DNA of 64,000 nucleotides, taken from the NCBI GenBank assembly GCA_964016885.1, contig OZ024744.1:11780001-11844000 (forward strand). The letters run 5' to 3'. The position numbers and the translations under genes were made by a program. Below the pieces are notes generated by a model. That model had not been told where the DNA came from and made no database searches. It saw only the letters and a list, made by a program, of their open reading frames with translations. Shown here piece by piece: positions 40,501 through 55,189 of the stretch (the first letter of the stretch is position 1; each line of letters starts with the position of its first letter). The stretch is from Eledone cirrhosa. Taxonomy: Eukaryota.

Positions 40501-43500
40501 ACTCCAATATGTTGTGTTGTTGTACTCCAATATGTTGTGTTGTTATACTCCAATATGTTATGTTGTTGTACTCCAATATGTCATGTTGTTGTACTCCAAT
40601 ATGTTTTGATGTTGTACTCCAATATGTTTTGATGTTGTACTCCAATATGTTTTGATGTTGTACTCCAATATGTTGTGTTGTTGTACTCCAATATGTTGTG
40701 TAGTCGTACTCCAATATGTTGTGTTGTTGTACTCCAATATGCTGTGATGTTGTACTCCAATATGATGTGCTGTTGTACTCCAATGCGTTGTGTTGTTGTA
40801 CTCCAATATGCTGTGTTGTTATACTCCAATATGTTGTGTTGTTATACTCCAATATGTTGTGTTGTTATACTCCAATATGTTGTGTTGTTTTACTCCAATA
40901 TGTTGTATTGTTGATCTCCAATATGTCATATTATACTCCAATAAGTTGTGTTCTTGTACTCCAATATGTGTTGTTGTTGTACTCCAATATGTTGCGTTGT
41001 TGTACTCCAATATATCATGTTGTCGTACTCCAATATGTCATGTTATACTCCAATATGTTTTGATGCTGTACTCCAATATGTTGTGTTGTTGTACTACAAT
41101 ATGTTGTGTTGTTGTACTCCAATATGTTGTGTTGTTATACTCCAATATGTTGTGCTGTTGTACTCCAATATGTTGTGTTGTTATACTCCAATATGTAGTG
41201 TTGTTATACTCCAATATGTTATGTTGTTGTACTCCAATCTGTTGTGTTGTTATACTCCAATATATTGTGTTGTTATACTCCAATATGTTGTGTTGTTTTA
41301 CTCCAATATGTTGTGTTGTTGTACTCCAATATGTTGTATTGTTGTTCTCCAATATGTCATGTTATACTCCAATAAGTTGTGTTCTTGTACTCCAATATGT
41401 TGTGTTGTTGTACTCCAATATGTTGTGTTGTTGTACTCCAATATATCATGTTGTCGTACTCCAATATGTCATGTTATACTCCAATGTGTCATTGTTGTAC
41501 TCCAATATGTCGTGTTGTTGTACTCCAATATGTCGTGTTGTTGTACTCCAATATGTTGTGTTGTTGTACTCCAATATGTTGTGTTGTTGTACTCCAATAT
41601 GTTGTGTTGTTATACTCCAATATGTTATGTTGTTGTACTCCAATATGTCATGTTGTTGTACTCCAATATGTTTTGATGTTGTACTCCAATATGTCGTGTT
41701 GTTATACTCCAATATGTTATGATGTTGTACTCCAATATATTGTGTTGTTGTACTCCAATATGTTGTGTTGCTGTACTCCAATATGTTGTGTCGTTGTACT
41801 CCAATACGTTGTGTTGTTGTACTCCAATATGTTGTGTTGTTGTACTCCAATATGTTGTTGTACTCCAATATGTCATGTTGTCGTACTCCAATATTTCGTG
41901 TTGTTGTACTCCAATATGTCATGGTGTTGTACTCCAATATGTTGTGTTGTTGTACTCCAATATGTTGTGTTGTTGTACTCCAATATGTTGTGTTGTTGTA
42001 CTCCAATATGTTGTGTTGTTGTACTCCAATATGTTGTGTTGTTGTACTCCAATATGCCATGTTGTTATACTCCAATATGTGGTGGTGTTGTACTCCAATA
42101 TGTCATGTTGTTGTACTCCAATATTTCGTGTTGTTGTACTCCAATATGTCATAGGGGTTGTACTCCAATATGCTGTGTTGATGTACTCCAATATGTTGTG
42201 TTGTTGTACTCCAATATGCTGTGTTGGCTGTGCTCCAATACGTTGTGTTGTTGTACTCCAATATGTTGTGCTGCTGTACTCCAATATGTTGTGTTGTTGT
42301 ACTCCAATATGTTGTGTTGTTGTACTCCAATATGTTGTGTTGTTGTACTCCAATCTATATCGCTGTTGTACTCCAATATGTTGTGTTGTTGTACTCCAAT
42401 ATGTTGTGCTGTTGTACTCCAATATGTTGTGCTGTTGTACTCCAATATTTTGTGCTGTTATACTCCAATATATTGTGTTGTTATACTCCAATATGTTGTG
42501 TTGTTGTACTCCAAAATATTGTGTTGTTATACTCCAATATGTTGTGTTGTTATACTCCAATATGTTGTGCTGTTATACTCCAATATGTTGTGTTGTTGTA
42601 CTCCAATATGTTGTGCTGTTATACTCCAATATTTTGTGTTGTTATACTCCAATATGTGGTATTGTTGTACTCCAATATGTTGTGCTGTTGTACTCCAATA
42701 TGTTGTGTTGTTATACTCCAACATGTTGTGTTGTTATACTCCAATATGTTGTGTTGTTATACTCGAATATGTTGTGTTGTTATACTCGAATATCTTGTGT
42801 TGTTATACTCGAATATGTTGTGCTGTTGTACTCCAATATGTCATGTTGTTGTACTCCAATGTATCATGTAGTTGTACTCCAATATTTCGTGTTGTTGTAC
42901 CCCAATATGTAGTGTTGTTTATACTCCAATATGTTTTGCTGTTGTACTCCAATATGTTGTGTTGCTGTACTCCTATATGTTGTGTTGTTATTCTCCAATA
43001 TGTTGTGCTGTTGTACTCCAATGTGTTGTGTTGTTATACTCCAATATGTTGTGTTGATTTACTCCAATATGTTGTGTTGTTGTACTCCAATCTGTTGTGT
43101 TGTTATACTCCAATGTGTTGTGTTGTTATACTCCAATATGTTGTGTTGTTGTAGTCCAATATGTTGTGTTGTCGTACTCCAATATGTTGTGTTGTTATAC
43201 TCCAATATTTCGTGTGGTTGTACTCCAATATGTCATGGTGTTGTACTTCAATATGTCGTGTTGTTGTACTCCAATATGTTGTCTTGCTGTACTCCAATAT
43301 GTTGTGTTGTTGTACTCCAATATCTTGTGTTCTTATACTCCAATATGTTGTGTTGTTATACTCCAATATGTTGTGTTGTTGTACTCCAATATGTTGTGCT
43401 GTTTTACTCCAATATGTTGTGTTGTTGTACTCCAATATGTTGTATTGTTTTTCTCCAATATGTCATGTTATACTCCAATAAGTTGTGTTCTTGTACTCCA

Positions 43501-46500
43501 ATATGTTGTGTTGTTGTACTCTAATATATCATGTTGTCGTACTCCAATATGTCATGTTATACTCCAATATGTCATTGTTGTACTCCAATATGTCGTGTTG
43601 TTGTACTCCAATATGTCGTGTTGTTGTACTCCAATATGTTGTGTTGTTGTACTCCAATATGTTGTGTTGTTGTACTCCAATATGTTGTGTTGTTATACTC
43701 CAATATGTTATGTTGTTGTACTCCAATATGTCATGTTGTTGTACTCCAATATGTTTTGATGTTGTACTCCAATATGTTGTATTGTTGTACTCCAATATGT
43801 TTTGATGTTGTACTCCAATATGTTGTGTTGTTGTACTCCAATATGTTGTGTAGTCGTACTCCAATATGTTGTGTTGTTGTACTCCAATATGCTGTGATGC
43901 TGTACTCCAATATGATGTGCTGTTGTACTCCAATGCGTTGTGTTGTTGTACTCCAATATGCTGTGTTGTTATACTCCAATATGTTGTGTTGTTGTACTCC
44001 AATATGTTGTGTTGTTGTACTCCAATATGTTGTGTTGTTGTAATCCAATATCTTGTGTTGTTATACTCCAATATGTTGTGCTGTTGTACTCCAATATGTT
44101 GAGTTGTTATACTCCAATATGTAGTGTTGTTATACTCCAATATGTTGTGTTGTTGTACTCCAATCTGTTGCGTTATACTCCAATATGTTGTGTTGTTATA
44201 CTCCAATATGTTGTGTTGTTATACTCCAATATGTTGTGTTGTTTTACTCCAATATGTTGTATTGTTGATCTCCAATATGTCATATTATACTCCAATAAGT
44301 TGTGTTCTTGTACTCCAATATGTGTTGTTGTTGTACTCCAATATGTTGCGTTGTTGTACTCCAATATATCATGTTGTCGTACTCCAATATGTCATGTTAT
44401 ACTCCAATATGTTTTGATGCTGTACTCCAATATGTTGTGTTGTTGTACTACAATATGTTGTGTTGTTGTACTCCAATATGTTGTGTTGTTATACTCCAAT
44501 ATGTTGTGCTGTTGTACTCCAATATGTTGTGTTGTTATACTCCAATATGTAGTGTTGTTATACTCCAATATGTTGTGTTGTTGTACTCCAATCTGTTGTG
44601 TTGTTATACTCCAATATATTGTGTTGTTATACTCCAATATGTTGTGTTGTTTTACTCCAATATGTTGTGTTGTTGTACTCCAATATGTTGTATTGTTGTC
44701 CTCCAATATGTCATGTTATACTCCAATAAGTTGTGTTCTTGTACTCCAATATGTTGTGTTGTTGTACTCCAATATGTTGTGTTGTTGTACTCCAATATAT
44801 CATGTTGTCGTACTCCAATATGTCATGTTATACTCCAATATGTCGTTGTTATACTCCAATATGTCATGATGTTGTACTCCAATATGTCGTGTTCTTGTAC
44901 TCCAATATGTCGTGTTGTCGTACTCCAATATGTTGTGTTGTTGTACTCCAATATATTGTGCTGTTGTACTCCAATATGTTGTGTTGTTGTACTCCAATAT
45001 GTTGTGTTGTTATACTCCAATATGTTGTGCTGTTGTACTCCAATATTTCGTGTTGTTGTACTCCAATACGTCGTGTTGTACTCCAATATGTTGTGTTGTT
45101 ATACTCCAATATGTTATGTTGTTGTACTCCAATGTGTCTTGTTGTTGTACTCCAATATGTTTTGATGTTGTACTCCAATATGTTTTGTTGTTATTCTCCA
45201 ATATGTTGTGATGTTGTACTCCAATGTGTTGTGTTGTTGTACTCCAATGTGACGTGTTGTTGTACTCCAATATGTTGTGCTGTTGTACTCCAATATTTTT
45301 TGTTTTTTGTACTCCAATATGTTGTGTTGTTATACTCCAATATGTTGTGTTGTTATACTCCAATATGGTGTGTTGTTGTACTCCAATATGTTGTATTGTT
45401 TTCTCCAATATGTCATGTTATACTCCAATATGGTGTGTTCGTGTACTCCAATATGTTGTGTTATTGTACTCCAATATGTTGCGTTGTTGTACTCCAATAT
45501 GTTGTGTTGTTATACTCCAATATGTCGTGTGGCTGTACTCCAATATGTCATGTTGTTGTACTCCAATATGTCTTGTTATAGTCCAATATGTCGTGTTGTT
45601 GTACTCCAATATACCATGTAGTTGTACTCCAATATTTCGTGTTGTTGTACCCCAATATGTAGTGTTGTTTATACTCCAATATGTTTTGCTGTTGTACTCC
45701 AATATGTTGTGTTGCTGTACTCCTATATGTTGTGTTGTTATTCTCCAATATGTTGTGCTGTTGTACTCCAATGTGTTGTGTTGTTATACTCCAATGTGTT
45801 GTGTTGTTATACTCCAATATGTTGTGTTGTTGTAGTCCAATATGTTGTGTTGTCGTACTCCAATATGTTGTGTTGTTATACTCCAATATTTCGTGTGGTT
45901 GTACTCCAATATGTCATGGTGTTGTACTTCAATATGTCGTGTTGTTGTACTCCAATATGTTGTCTTGTTGTACTCCAATCTGTTGTATTGTTGTACTTCA
46001 ATATGTTCTGTTGTTGTACTCCAATATATTGTGTTGTTGTACACCAATATGTTGTGTTGTTGTACTCCAATATGCTGTGTTGTTGTACTCCAATATGTTG
46101 TGTTGTTGTACTCCAATATGTTGTGTTGTTGCACTCCAATATCTTGTGTTCTTATACTCCAATATGTTGTGTTGTTATACCCCAATATGTTGTGTTGTTG
46201 TACTCCAATATGTTGTGCTGTTGTACTCCAATATGATGTGCTGTTGTACTCCAATATGTTGTGTTGTACTCCAATGTGTTGTGTTGTTGTACTCCAATAT
46301 GTTGTGTCGTTGTACTCCAATATTTTTTTTTGTTTTTGTACTCCAAAATGTTGTGTTGTTATACTCCAATATGTTGTGTTGGTGTACTCCAATATGGTGT
46401 GCTGTTGTACTCCAAATCTCGTGTTGTTATACTCCAATGTGTTGTGTTGTTATACTCCAATATGGTGTGTTGTTGAACTCCAATATGTTGTATTGTTTTT

Positions 46501-49500
46501 CTCCAATATGTCATGTTATACTCCAATATGTCGTGTTGCTGTACTCCAATATGTCATGCTGTTGTACTCCAATATGTTTTGCTGTTGTACTCCACCGTGT
46601 TGTGTTGTTGAACTCCAATACGTTGTGTTGTTGTTCTCCAATATTTTGTGCTGTTGTACTCCAATTTGTGTTGTTGTACTCCAATATGTTGTGTTGTTGT
46701 ACTCCAATATGTTGTGTTGTTGTACTCCAATATGTTGTGTTGTTATACTCCAATATGTTGTGCTGTTGTACTCCAATATTTCGTGTTGTTGTACTCCAAT
46801 ACGTCGTGTTGTTGTACTCCAATATGTTTTGATGTTGTACTCAAATATGTTGTGTTGTTGTACTCCAATATGTTTTGATGTTGTACTCCAATATGTTGTG
46901 TTGTTGTACTCCAATATGTTGTGTAGTCTTACTCCAATATGTTGTGTTGTTGTACTCCAATATGTTGTGATGTTGTACTCCAATATGATGTGATGTTGTA
47001 CTCCAATGCGTTGTGTTGTTGTACTCCAATGTGATATGTTGTTGTACTCCAATATGTTGTGCCATTGTACTCCAATATTTTTTATATTTGTACTCCAATA
47101 TGTTGTGTTGTTATACTCCAATATGTTGTGCTGTTGTACTCCAAATCTCGTGTTGTTATACTCCAATGTGTTGTGTTGTTATACTCCAATATGGTGTGTT
47201 GTTGTAGTCCAATATGTTGTATTGTTTTTTTCCAATATGTCATGTTATACTCCAATATGTTGTGTTCGTGTACTCCAATATGTTGTGTTATTGTACTCCA
47301 ATATGTTGCGTTGTTGTACTCCAATATGTTGTGTTGTTATACTCCAATATGTTGTGTTGTTGTACTCCAATATGTTGTCTTGTTGTACTCCAAAAGGCCA
47401 TGTTATCGTACTCCAATATGTGTTGTTATACTCCAATATGTCGTGTGGCTGTACTCCAATATGTCATGTTGTTGTACTCCAATATGTCTTGTTATAGTCC
47501 AATATGTCGTGTTGTTGTACTCCAATATGTCATGTAGTTGTATTCCAATATTTCGTGTTGTTGTACCCCAATATGTCGTGTTGTTTATACTCCAATATGT
47601 TTTGCTGTTGTACTCCAATATGTTGTGTTGCTGTATTCCAATATGTTGTGTTGTTATTCTCCAATATGTTGTGCTGTTGTACTCCAATGTGTTATGTTGT
47701 TATACTCCAATATATTGTGCTGTGCTACTCCAATATATTGTGTTGTTGTACTCCAATGTGTTGTGTTGTTATACTCCAATATGTTGTGTTGATTTACTCC
47801 TATATGTTGTGTTGTTGTACTCCAATCTGTTGTGTTGTTATACTCCAATATGTTGTGTTGTTATACTCCAATATGTTGTGTTGTTTTACTCCAATATGTT
47901 GTGTTGTTGTACTCCAATATGTTGTGTTGTTGTACTCCAATATGTTGTGTTGTTGTAATCCAATATCTTGTGTTGTTATACTCCAATATGTTGTGTTGTT
48001 GTACTCCAATATGTTGTGTTGTTATACTCCAATATGTTGTGTTGTGATACTCCAATATGTTGTGCTGTTGTACTCCAATATGTTGTGTTGTTATACTCCA
48101 ATATGTTGTGTTGTTTTACTCCAATATGTTGTGTTGTTGTACTCCAATATATTGTATTGTTGTTCTCCAATATGTCATGTTATACTCCAATAAGTTGTGT
48201 TCTTGTACTCCAATATGTTGTGTTGTTGTACTCCAATATATCATGTTGTCGTACTCCAATATGTCATGTTATACTCCAATATGTCGTTGTTATACTCCAA
48301 TATGTCATGTTGTTGTACTCCAATATGTCGTATTGTTATACTCCAATATGTTTTGATGTTGTACTCCAATATGTTGTGTTGTTGTACTCCAATATGTTGT
48401 GTAGTCGTACTCCAATATGTTGTATTGTTATACTCCAATATGTTGTGCTGTTGTAATCCAATATGTTCTGTTGTTGTACTCCAATATATTGTGTTGTTGT
48501 ACTCCAATATGTCGTGTTGTTGTACTCCAATATGTCGTGTTGTTGTACTCCAATATGTTGTGTTGTTGTACTCCAATATGTTGTGTTGTTGTACTCCAAT
48601 ATGTTGTGTTGTTATACACCAATATGTTATGTTGTTGTACTCCAATATGTCATGTTGTTGTACTCCAATATGTTTTGATGTTGTACTCCAATATGTTGTG
48701 TTGTTGTACTCCAATATGTTTTGATGTTGTACTCCAATATGTTGTGTTGTTGTACTCCAATATGTTGTGTAGTCGTACTCCAATATGTTGTGTTGTTGTA
48801 CTCCAATATGCTGTGATGTTGTACTCCAATATGATGTGCTGTTGTACTCCAATGCGTTGTGTTGTTGTACTCCAATATGCTGTGTTGTTATACTCCAATA
48901 TGTGGTGTTGTTGTACTCCAATATGTTGTGTTGTTGTACTCCAATATGTTGTGTTGTTGTAATCCAATATCTTGTGTTGTTATACTCCAATATGTTGTGC
49001 TGTTGTACTCCAATATGTTGAGTTGTTATACTCCAATATGTAGTGTTGTTATACTCCAATATGTTGTGTTGTTGTACTCCAATCTGTTGCGTTATACTCC
49101 AATATGTTGTGTTGTTATACTCCAATATATTGTGTTGTTATACTCCAATATGTTGTGTTGTTTTACTCCAATATGTTGTATTGTTGATCTCCAATATGTC
49201 ATATTTTACTCCAATAAATTGTGTTCTTGTACTCCAATATGTGTTGTTGTTGTACTCCAATATGTTGCGTTGTTGTACTCCAATATATCATGTTGTCGTA
49301 CTCCAATATGTCATGTTATACTCCAATATGTTTTGATGCTGTACTCCAATATGTTGTGTTGTTGTACTACAATATGTTGTGTTGTTGTACTCCAATATGT
49401 TGTGTTGTTATACTCCAATATGTTGTGCTGTTGTACTCCAATATGTTGTGTTGTTATACTCCAATATGTAGTGTTGTTATACTCCAATATGTTGTGTTGT

Positions 49501-52500
49501 TGTACTCCAATCTGTTGTGTTGTTATACTCCAATATATTGTGTTGTTATACTCCAATATGTTGTGTTGTTTTACTCCAATATGTTGTGTTGTTGTACTCC
49601 AATATGTTGTATTGTTGTTCTCCAATATGTCATGTTATACTCCAATAAGTTGTGTTCTTGTACTCCAATATGTTGTGTTGTTGTACTCCAATATGTTGTG
49701 TTGTTGTACTCCAATATATCATGTTGTCGTACTCCAATATGTCATGTTATACTCCAATATGTCGTTGTTATACTCCAATATGTCATGATGTTGTACTCCA
49801 ATATGTCGTGTTCTTGTACTCCAATATGTCGTGTTGTCGTACTCCAATATGTTGTGTTGTTGTACTCCAATATGTTGTGCTGTTGTACTCCAATATGTTG
49901 TGTTGTTGTACTCCAATATGTTGTGTCGTTATACTCCAATATGTTGTGCTGTTGTACTCCAATATTTCGTGTTGTTGTACTCCAATACGTCGTGTTGTAC
50001 TCCAATATGTTGTGTTGTTATACTCCAATATGTTATGTTGTTGTACTCCAATGTGTCTTGTTGTTGTACTCCAATATATTTTGATGTTGTACTCCAATAT
50101 GTTTTGTTGTTATTCTCCAATATGTTGTGATGTTGTACTCCAATGTGTTGTGTTGTTGTACTCCAATGTGATGTGTTGTTGTACTCCAATATGTTGTGCT
50201 GTTGTACTCCAATATTTTTTTGTTTTTTGTACTCCAATATGTTGTGTTGTTATACTCCAATATGTTGTGTTGTTATACTCCAATATGGTGTGTTGTTGTA
50301 CTCCAATATGTTGTATTGTTTTCTCCAATATGTCATGTTATACTCCAATATGGTGTGTTCGTGTACTCCAATATGTTGTGTTATTGTACTCCAATATGTT
50401 GCGTTGTTGTACTCCAATATGTTGTGTTGTTATACTCCAATATGTCGTGTGGCTGTACTCCAATATGTCATGTTGTTGTACTCCAATATGTCTTGTTATA
50501 GTCCAATATGTCGTGTTGTTGTACTCCAATATATCATGTAGTTGTACTCCAATATTTCGTGTTGTTGTACCCCAATATGTAGTGTTGTTTATGCTCCAAT
50601 ATGTTTTGCTGTTGTACTCCAATATGTTGTGTTGCTGTACTCCTATATGTTGTGTTGTTACTCTCCAATATGTTGTGCTGTTGTACTCCAATGTGTTGTG
50701 TTGTTATACTCCAATGTGTTGTGTTGTTATACTCCAATATGTTGTGTTGTTGTAGTCCAATATGTTGTGTTGTCGTACTCCAATATGTTGTGTTGTTATA
50801 CTCCAATATTTCGTGTGGTTGTACTCCAATATGTCATGGTGTTGTACTTCAATATGTCGTGTTGTTGTACTCCAATATGTTGTCTTGTTGTACTCCAATC
50901 TGTTGTATTGTTGTACTTCAATATGCTCTGTTGTTGTACTCCAATATATTGTGTTGTTGTACTCCAATATGTTGTGTTGTTGTACTCCAATATGCTGTGT
51001 TGTTGTACTCCAATATGTTGTGTTGTTGTACTCCAATATGTTGTGTTGTTGCACTCCAATATCTTGTGTTCTTATACTCCAATATGTTGTGTTGTTATAC
51101 TCCAATATGTTGTGTTGTTGTACTCCAATATGTTGTGCTGTTGTACTCCAATATGATGTGCTGTTGTACTCCAATATGTTGTGTTGTACTCCAATGCGTT
51201 GTGTTGTTGTACTCCAATATGTTGTGTTGTACTCCAATATGTCATGTTGTTGTACTCCAATATTTCGTGTTGTTGTACTCCAATATGTCATAGGGGTTGT
51301 ACTCCAATATGGTGTGTTGTTGTACTCCAATATGCTGTGTTGCTGTACTCCAATAGGTTGTGTTGTTGTACTCCAATATGCTGTGTTGGCTGTGCTCCAA
51401 TACGTTGTGTTGTTGTACTCCAATATGTTGTGCTGCTGTACTCCAATATGTTGTGTTGTTGTACTCCAATATGTTGTGTTGTTGTACTCCAATATGTTGT
51501 GTTGTTGTATTCCAATCTATATCGCTGTTGTACTCCAATATGTTGTGTTGTTGTACTCCAATATGTTGTGCTGTTGTACTCCAATATGTTGTGTTGTTGT
51601 ACTCCAATATGTTGTGTTGTTGTACTCCAAAATATTGTGTTGTTATACTCCAATATGTTGTGTTGTTATACTCCAATATGTTGTGCTGTTATACTCCAGT
51701 ATGTTGTGTTGTTGTACTCCAATATGTTGTGCTGTTATACTCCAATATTTTGTGTTGTTATACTCCAATATGTGGTATTGTTGTACTCCAATATGGTGTG
51801 CTGTTGTACTCCAATATGTTGTGTTGTTATACTCCAACATGTTGTGTTGTTATACTCCAATATGTTGTGTTGTTATACTCGAATATGTTGTGTTGTTATA
51901 CTCGAATATCTTGTGTTGTTATACTCGAATATGTTGTGCTGTTGTACTCCAATATGTCGTGTTGTTGTACTCCAATATATCATGTAGTTGTACTCCAATA
52001 TTTCGTGTTGTTGTACCCCAATATGTAGTGTTGTTTATACTCCAATATGTTTTGCTGTTGTACTCCAATATGTTGTGTTGCTGTACTCCTATATGTTGTG
52101 TTGTTATTCTCCAATATGTTGTGTTGTTGTACTCCAATATTTTGTGTTGTTGTACTCCAATATCTTGTGTTCTTATACTCCAATATGTTGTGTTGTTATA
52201 CTCCAATATGATGTGCTGTTGTACTCCAATATGATGTGCTGTTGTACTCCAATATGTTGTGTTGTTGTACTCCAATGTGTTGTGTTGTTGTACTCCAATA
52301 TGTTGTGCCGTTGTACTCCAATATTTTTTTTGTTTTTGTACTCCAAAATGTTGTGTTGTTATACTCCAATATGTTGTGTTGGTGTACTCCAATATGGTGT
52401 GCTGTTGTACTCCAAATCTCGTGTTGTTATACTCCAATGTGTTGTGTTGTTATACTCCAATATGGTGTGTTGTTGAACTCCAATATGTTGTATTGTTTTT

Positions 52501-54320
52501 CTCCAATATGTCATGTTATACTCCAATATGTTGTGTTCGTGTACTCCAATATGTTGTGTTATTGTACTCCAATATGTTGCGTTGTTGTACTCCAATATGT
52601 TGTGTTGTTATACTCCAATATGTTGTGTTGTTGTACTCCAATATGTCATGTTGTTGTACTCCAGTATGTCTTGTTATACTCCAATATGTCGTGTTGCTGT
52701 ACTCCAATATGTCATGCTGTTGTACTCCAATATTTCGTGTCGTTGTACTCCAATATGTTGTGCTTTTGTACTCCAATATGTTTTGCTGTTGTACTCCACT
52801 GTGTTGTGTTGTTGAACTCCAATATGTTGTGTTGTTGTTCTCCAATATTTTGTGCTGTTGTACTCCAATGTGTTGTGTTGTTATACTCCAATATGTTGTG
52901 TTGTGATACTCCAATGTGTTGTGTTGTTGTACTCCAATATGTTGTGTTGCTGTACTCCAATATGTTGTGTTGTTATACACCAATGTGGTGTGCTGTTGTA
53001 ATCCAATATGTTATGTTGTACTCCAATATGTTGTGTTGTTATACTCCAATATGTAGTGTTGTTATACTCCAATATGTTGTGTTGTTGTACTCCAATCTGT
53101 TGTGTTATACTCCAATATGTTGTGTTGTTATACTCCAATATGTTGTGTTGTTATACTCCAATATGGTGTGTTGTTGTACTCCAATATGTTGTATTGTTTT
53201 CTCCAATATGTCATGGTATACTCCAATATGGTGTGTTCGTGTACTCCAATATGTTGTGTTATTGTACTCCAATATGTTGCGTTGTTGTACTCCAATATGT
53301 TGTGTTGTTATACTCCAATATGTCGTGTGGCTGTACTCCAATATGTCATGTTGTTGTACTCCAATATGTCTTGTTATAGTCCAATATGTCGTGTTGTTGT
53401 ACTCCAATATATCATGTAGTTGTACTCCAATATTTCGTGTTGTTGTACCCCAATATGTAGTGTTGTTTATACTCCAATATGTTTTGCTGTTGTACTCCAA
53501 TATGTTGTGTTGCTGTACTCCTATATGTTGTGTTGTTATTCTCCAATATGTTGTGCTGTTGTATTCCAATGTGTTGTGTTGTTATACTCCAATGTGTTGT
53601 GTTGTTATACTCCAATATGTTGTGTTGTTGTAGTCCAATATGTTGTGTTGTCGTACTCCAATATGTTGTGTTGTTATACTCCAATATTTCGTGTGGTTGT
53701 ACTCCAGTATGTCATGGTGTTGTACTTCAATATGTCGTGTTGTTGTACTCCAATATGTTGTCTTGTTGTACTCCAATCTGTTGTATTGTTGTACTTCAAT
53801 ATGTTCTGTTGTTGTACTCCAATATATTGTGTTGTTGTACTCCAATATGTTGTGTTGTTGTACTCCAATATGCTGTGTTGTTGTACTCCAATATGTTGTG
53901 TTGTTGTACTCCAATATGTTGTGTTGTTGTACTCCAATATCTTGTGTTCTTATACTCCAATATGTTGTGTTGTTATACTCCAATATGTTGTGTTGTTGTA
54001 CTCCAATATGTTGTGCTGTTGTACTCCAATATGATGTGCTGTTGGACTCCAATATGTTGTGTTGTTGTACTCCAATGTGTTGTGTTGTTGTACTCCAATA
54101 TGTTGTGCCGTTGTACTCCAATATTTTTTTGTTTTTGTACTCCAAAATGTTGTGTTGTTATACTCCAATATGTTGTGTTGTTATACACCAATGTGGTGTG
54201 CTGTTGTAATCCAATATGTTATGTTGTACTCCAATATGTTGTGTTGTTATACTCCAATATGTAGTGTTGTTATACTCCAATATGTTGTGTTGTTGTACTC
54301 CAATCTGTTGTGTTATACTC
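30550..54320 (+). repeat. ~14.5-kb offset duplication (~30.55-39.8 kb vs ~45.1-54.3 kb)
   Basis: ORF offsets 14536 (31086/45622, 33661/48197), 14559-14560 (35093/49652, 35982/50542) and 14514 (37474/51988, 38906/53420, 39644/54158). Shared rare variants: GTCATGGTAT (38696/53210) and GTTGGACTCC (~39527/54041). Confidence 0.87.
41006..52070 (+). repeat. Long-range copy of the window start (1-~15650) carrying only one copy of the 4.6-kb unit
   Basis: ORF offsets 41005 (33/41038, 374/41379, 714/41719) and 41051 (1880/42931, 2889/43940); also 36395-36465 (6536/42931, 9227/45622, 11779/48197, 14077/50542). Confidence 0.85.
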
Positions 54321-55189
54321 CAATATGTTGTGTTGTTGTACTCCAATATGTTGTATTGTTGTTCTCCAATATGTCATGCTATACTCAAATAAGTTGTGTT
54401 CTTGTACTCCAATATGTTTTGTTGTTGTACTCCAATATGTTGTGTTGTTGTACTCCAATATATCATGTTGTCGTACTCCAATATGTCATGTTAAACTCCA
54501 ATATGTCGTTGTTATACTCCAATATGTCATGTTGCTGTACTCCAACATGTCGTGTTGTAGTACTCCAATATGTTTTGATGTTGTACTCCAATATGTTGTG
54601 TTGTTGTACTCCAATATGTTGTGTTGTTGTACTCCAATATGTTGTGTTGTTATACTCCAATATGTTGTGCTGTTGTACTCCAATATGTCATGTTGTTGTA
54701 CTCCGATATTTCGTGTTGTTCTACTCCAATATTTCGTGTTGTTGTACTCCAATATGTCATGGTGTTGTACTCCAATATGTTTTGATGTTGTACTCCAATA
54801 TGTCGTGTTGTTGTACTCCAATATGTTGTGTTGTTGTACTCCAATATGCTGTGTTGTTATACTCCTATATGTTGTGCTGTTGTACTTCAATATGTTGTGT
54901 TCTACTCCAATATGTTGTGTTGTTATACTCCAATATGTTGTGTTGTTGTACTCCAATATGTTGTGTTGTTGTACTCCAATATGTGATGTTGTTGTACTCC
55001 AATATGTCGTATTGTTGTACTCCAATATATTGTGTTGTTATACTCCAATATTTCGTGTTGTTTTAGTCCAATATGTCATGTTGTTTTACTCCAATATTTC
55101 GTGTTGTTGTACTCCAATATGACATGGTGTTGTACTTCAATATGTTGTATTGTTGTACTCCAATATGTTGTGTTGTTGTTCTCCAATAT

